This document shows positions 61,746 to 64,000 of a DNA stretch of 64,000 bases, one piece after another. The DNA comes from an uncultured delta proteobacterium (GTDB taxonomy: Bacteria > Desulfobacterota > RBG-13-43-22): positions 1,760,001 to 1,824,000 of the forward strand of contig CAWBOS010000010.1 of assembly GCA_963790475.1 (NCBI GenBank). Reading direction: 5' to 3'. Both the position numbers and the translations under genes were made by a program. The notes under the pieces were generated by a model. It saw only the letters and a program-made list of their open reading frames with translations, was not told the origin of the DNA and ran no database searches. Within the stretch, counting starts at the first letter, position 1. Each line of letters begins with the position of its first letter.

Positions 61746-62116
61746 TCATGCCCCTCCTTATAAAGATAAATCTTTACGGATCCAAGACCCGACGTCAGGC
61801 AGAATAAAAAAAGGGTAAAAAAGTCAGTCGTCTTTTTTACCCTTTTTTTTCATTGAATTCATGGGGGATACCAAATCATCTTTGATGAGGATAAGTAGCA
61901 TATTGGTTTCGGTATTGTCAAGAATTTTTATAATTTTTTTTCCACTCTTGAGTCCCTCGCAAAAAGTTAAAAACGGCTTTTCGCGAGGCCGGAAATCCTG
62001 ACCTTGGCGGGACTCGCCCGCCACTTGAACAAAATTCGAGTGGCCCCGCTATCAACCCAAGTCGGAATTTAATTGTCCTCGGCTTGGTGAGGGGTTTTTA
62101 AGACTCCATAACCCCG

Positions 62117-63226
62117 TTAAATCTGCGACCAGCCATTCAGAGCAAAGGAGTAAGTAGTCGGCATTGGCGACAAGTAAATATTCGAGATTTGGGAAACTCT
62201 TTCAAACTGCAATCCCCCGGATTGAATAATATCTCCCTGGCAAACAATGTCTCCCAGCAACTTTCCGGAGCCCGTTTTTTTAACGGACTTATTGGACCAT
62301 AACACCCCCGCGATTTGAGAAAAGTCATTCAAAATAATATCCTGGCCGGCGATAAAAGCCACATCCAGGGTATGATCAGAGGCCAGAAGGGTGGAACCGT
62401 TAAGGGTGATCGATCCAGTGGCCACAATGGTTATTCCGGACAGATCGTTTCCTTGAAGGATCAGGTCGCCGTCAATAAAAATCAAAAGATTATTCTGGTC
62501 CCCGGAAAGAAGCAGATTTTGTTTTCCAAAAAGGAGCTGATTACTTGATTGCTGGGCCATGGACCGGTATTCTTGAAATTTTTTTTCGGAGATCGCCGGG
62601 ACTTCCACTGAAGGGAGATAATCCTGGCGCATCGGGTCCAGGGATTGAGTAACGGTAAATTGATTTTGTTTGAGCTGCTCAATAACTGAAGGGTCTAGAT
62701 TATACCCCTGGTTGGCATGCAGATTCCCAAGAATTCCCAACGAGCCGCTTAAATGGAGAACACCGGCAGTGACGATTCCCCTTTTAAAAATCGGAGACAC
62801 ATCCGCAGGCCCTCCGGATCGTGAACAATAAATAGTGGCCCGGATACGGCTTAGGCAATTTTGACCCGTGTCTTTTCCAATCATAATCACTTCAACATAG
62901 GCCGGAAGTTGCTGAGGATCATATCTCAATTCTTGAAGCCAGAATTTGATCCCCGGATGATCTTGTCCACTCAAGGGAAAGTTCATTTCCTGACCTGTTT
63001 TCTTCTGTAAGAAATATTCAAAATTCTGCCGATATCCGGATATCAGGTGCTGAATTCCCGCCTCGGCCGCATATAAAGCCTGCACACTTTGGTTATAGTT
63101 GGTACTGATTTTCAACTCGGTGGTGGAAGTCAGAAAGGCATTGGATCCCAGAATGGTTAATACCAATAAAACCAGCATGACCCCTACCAAAGCAGCTCCC
63201 TTTTGTTGTTTTATGGGGGATAGCAT
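62117..63226 (-). CDS. PilX-like N-terminal domain minor pilin/assembly protein
   Basis: QKGAALVGVMLVLLVL...ALYAAEAGI. Confidence 0.8.
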   Translation of the reverse strand: MLSPIKQQKGAALVGVMLVLLVLTILGSNAFLTSTTELKISTNYNQSVQALYAAEAGIQHLISGYRQNFEYFLQKKTGQEMNFPLSGQDHPGIKFWLQELRYDPQQLPAYVEVIMIGKDTGQNCLSRIRATIYCSRSGGPADVSPIFKRGIVTAGVLHLSGSLGILGNLHANQGYNLDPSVIEQLKQNQFTVTQSLDPMRQDYLPSVEVPAISEKKFQEYRSMAQQSSNQLLFGKQNLLLSGDQNNLLIFIDGDLILQGNDLSGITIVATGSITLNGSTLLASDHTLDVAFIAGQDIILNDFSQIAGVLWSNKSVKKTGSGKLLGDIVCQGDIIQSGGLQFERVSQISNIYLSPMPTTYSFALNGWSQI

Positions 63227-63256
63227 TGTTTCCTCCTGGAATTGGATTTAATCATT

Positions 63257-64000
63257 TCAAAATTGGTTTCGCTTCATCACTTGGGTGCTCATCGTTAAAT
63301 CATTTTCTTTCCCGGTCTGAGGAAGGCCTTTCCGGATTGAGAGCTGAAGCCGGTATAGTTCAGGTCTTATCGAATTCACTTTTAGATCGGTAATGTTATC
63401 GACCAGGGGTTCGTAGCCACAGGCGTTGATCTTTCTTTTAAGAAGAGGGACACCTAACTCGTGGAATCTTCCTCCCGAATCATTTTTATCGTTAAAGACC
63501 GCATAACTGACCAGACTGATTTCCCCGACCTCCGTGCCCTGCGGGTAGGCATTTTTCAGTCCTTGGTTGCCTGGTTGAATAGGATCGGTGTCGATGATCA
63601 GAGTCGACCCCGAAATTCCCTTTACCAGAGCCCTTTCTGCCGGTTTGCCGATATAAATCATATCGGAAAGATTATATTGTCCATTGGTTTCCGAAGCGGT
63701 TAAGGCCAGTTTGATCGAGGTATCTCCGGCCAGGGTTTCTTGAGCCAGGACCGTGGGGTTAGATTCACTGGAAAGAACGATCAATAAAGAAAGGAGATCC
63801 GGGTTATCCCCCCCGGAAGTCACCGTTACCGCCCCTTGGGGGTCCACGATTTGCGGGACCTTGGGAATAAAGGAGTTGGGGACCCAGGCCGAGAGATCAG
63901 CCAAAAAGGAATGATCTCCCAGGGGATATCCTGCGCTCTTGAAATCACGAGCGATTAATTCCAAGGCCATCCTCAATCCTTGTTGTCCCTGTAAGACCCT
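63257..64000 (-). CDS. PilW-like minor pilin, 5' end outside the window
   Basis: QQGLRMALELIARDFKSAGY; upstream of the PilX-like gene. Confidence 0.7.
   Translation of the reverse strand, partial: RVLQGQQGLRMALELIARDFKSAGYPLGDHSFLADLSAWVPNSFIPKVPQIVDPQGAVTVTSGGDNPDLLSLLIVLSSESNPTVLAQETLAGDTSIKLALTASETNGQYNLSDMIYIGKPAERALVKGISGSTLIIDTDPIQPGNQGLKNAYPQGTEVGEISLVSYAVFNDKNDSGGRFHELGVPLLKRKINACGYEPLVDNITDLKVNSIRPELYRLQLSIRKGLPQTGKENDLTMSTQVMKRNQF

Noticed and set aside
1-64000. CRISPR or other regularly spaced repeat-spacer array
   Set aside because: None seen; the repeats are dispersed or short tandem units, and no cas genes were recognised.

Overview
Bacterial chromosomal window of about 50% GC, with gene content typical of an anaerobic deltaproteobacterium (Desulfobacterota-like; this is an inference). 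The housekeeping and catabolic backbone includes an acyl-CoA dehydrogenase, a CoA ligase, carboxyltransferases, murI, a DUF39/NIL homocysteine-synthesis pair, tRNA-Pro(GGG), a peptide ABC transporter, a xanthine dehydrogenase-family trio, msrA, recN, a cold-shock gene and pilin-related genes. Four kinds of accessory DNA interrupt it. (1) An integron-type cassette array at about 3.1-6.9 kb, with a candidate attI but no integrase gene. (2) A second, decaying attC cluster at about 37-39 kb, holding yefM-yoeB and a broken class D beta-lactamase. (3) Three copies of a 110-135 bp ORF-less attC-like unit that ends in ATT instead of GTT and carries a competing upstream hairpin. (4) A candidate 1.86 kb single-gene mobile element at 52.4-54.3 kb, bounded by TTA, with structured ends and a protein showing Rep_trans-like tyrosine motifs plus a winged helix. 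Items 3 and 4 are the best candidates for undescribed systems. The window also has a REC-LpxC fusion, many internally deleted or frameshifted genes, and several short palindromic repeat families. All family assignments come from motif recognition by eye; no searches were run.
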